From: Macrostomum lignano
Lineage: Eukaryota
DNA length: 64,000 bases
Assembly (NCBI GenBank): GCA_002269645.1
Contig: NIVC01000458.1
Span: forward strand, 124,001 to 188,000
Direction of reading: 5' to 3'
The translations under genes and the position numbers were made by a program. How positions within the stretch are numbered: position 1 is the stretch's first letter; each line of letters starts with the position of its first letter. The notes under the pieces are model-generated. The model was not told the DNA's origin. It worked only from the letters and a program-made list of their open reading frames with translations, and searched no databases. Shown here piece after piece: positions 62,649 through 64,000 of this stretch.

Positions 62649-63365
62649 GGAAATGAATGAGACAGCAATCGGTATCGCTGGCTCGGCGCAATTGCAACGA
62701 AAATTCCGTATAGAAATATATTAGAACACATACGAGTATTAAATCTGAAATTGAATTTACGGGGAATGTACTAATTTTACTTAATAAAAAAATCTTTACC
62801 ACTTGACAACAATCAATTCATGCATTGTAATAATATATTCAAACTACAGAAATTATATATCGCGGTAGTGTGGAATATTCAATAGTACATTATGAAACTA
62901 AATACACAAGTGGGATGAAAATGATTATTTGAGGGGAAACAGGCGAGATAGGTTAGTTAACTTAATAAATTATGAATATTTCTGGAAATAGTTGACGCAA
63001 AGATTAAAGCTGAAAGGCATGCAAGTAAAGTATTTTTACTTTACGAATATATGCAGGACTCCCTCCTAACGCTCCAAAATAGCCTTGCTTGTTAAACAAA
63101 TATTGAAATTTGAATTCGTGCCGGAAACGAACAATCCTAATAAGGACACCAATAACATAAAAACGCTCTTAAAAGTATTTTAAAAAGCACGAAATAAAAC
63201 TTCAAAATTTATTTAATGAATACAAAACTATAATTGCAATCAATATGAGTTCAAATATAGGTTTGTTCTGATTTAAACAAGCAATCAACACGCTTATGGT
63301 CTAGTCCAGTTATAGATATAGATACAGTATGCTGTATCAATAAAAGTGCATCCCGCCAGGCCAGC

Positions 63366-64000
63366 TCAGGTAGCCAGAGCTCGCATCACGGCCGCAGCCA
63401 GTTGGCCAATCTGCAGATGCTCGTCCTCCTCCGGCCGCTGCTGCCCCAGCTCCACCAGTGCTCGCAGAACGCTGTCCAAGCCGCGCCGACCTTCTAGATC
63501 ATCAGCCGCCGAGAAGCGTCGGGCAAGTCGCCTAGCCGAAGCGGCGAACAAAGACTTGGTGGCCGGGCCGACAACCGGGACGGCAGTCTGGGCGGGCCCG
63601 GCTTCAACCAGAGCGGCCCCCGCTGCGCGAAGCCAGGCATCGGAGCAGAGAGCGGCCAGCACTACTGTGGTAGCCCACAGCGCAGGCCAAGGCTTGGCCA
63701 ATTTGGCCAGCAAAGCTGACAGCGACGGCATCACCAGCTCGGTCATCAGCTGCGAGGAGGTGCAGCCGGAGCCGCCACTAACCGACGAGGCAACGGTTGT
63801 CCCCGCCGGAGCCGCTGGCGACGTAGGCGACGCGGCAGCCGCCGCGGCAATAGACATGGAATCGGCTAGCAAAGTATTAAATAGCAAAGCAGCCGCGCAC
63901 GGCAACGAAGCGCTCGGGGCGGTTAAAAACAAGTTCAAAGCTTTATTAAGGGCCGCCTGACGGCCAAACAGGCGCAGCATCAGCGGGGGTAGAGCTCGGG
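63366..64000 (-). CDS. Terminal coding exon of an unidentified gene (Ala/Leu-rich, predicted helical), open to the window edge
   Basis: GC-rich non-repetitive frame of more than 200 codons ending in TGA at 63366, followed by an abrupt switch to AT-rich sequence. No family recognised. Confidence 0.6.
   Translation of the reverse strand, partial: RALPPLMLRLFGRQAALNKALNLFLTAPSASLPCAAALLFNTLLADSMSIAAAAAASPTSPAAPAGTTVASSVSGGSGCTSSQLMTELVMPSLSALLAKLAKPWPALWATTVVLAALCSDAWLRAAGAALVEAGPAQTAVPVVGPATKSLFAASARRLARRFSAADDLEGRRGLDSVLRALVELGQQRPEEDEHLQIGQLAAAVMRALAT

Noticed and set aside
63346-63960. + strand 204-aa ORF
   Set aside because: Probably the antisense shadow of the GC-rich minus-strand exon; it starts at GTG with no splice or start context.

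Overview
Eukaryotic (invertebrate animal) genomic DNA with spliceosomal introns and very dense tandem repeats and transposon relics. The style resembles the flatworm Macrostomum, but this is an inference, not a database result. Spliced minus-strand genes: an exostosin EXT2-like glycosyltransferase (left edge; 7-bp duplication frameshift in coding exon 1), a small secreted WSC-domain protein, the mitochondrial calcium uniporter MCU (4 exons over 13 kb), an MMD/PAQR10-11 membrane protein (6 exons) and the last exon of an unidentified gene at the right edge. Two intronless genes each occur twice, in opposite orientation and about 27 kb apart: a DEG/ENaC channel (the + copy has two nonsense codons) and a PPEF/rdgC Ca2+-regulated phosphatase. 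Mobile elements: a complete 1.5-kb non-autonomous LTR element with matching LTRs, a Gypsy integrase plus LTR fragment, Penelope remnants including a perfect 144-bp inverted repeat carrying two hammerhead ribozyme motifs, head-to-tail Helitron-like elements, several hAT MITEs, a Harbinger deletion derivative and three copies of a tRNA-derived SINE. Most ORFs in the supplied track are artefacts of minisatellites or of the antisense strand of real genes. No CRISPR, rRNA or intact tRNA gene was found.
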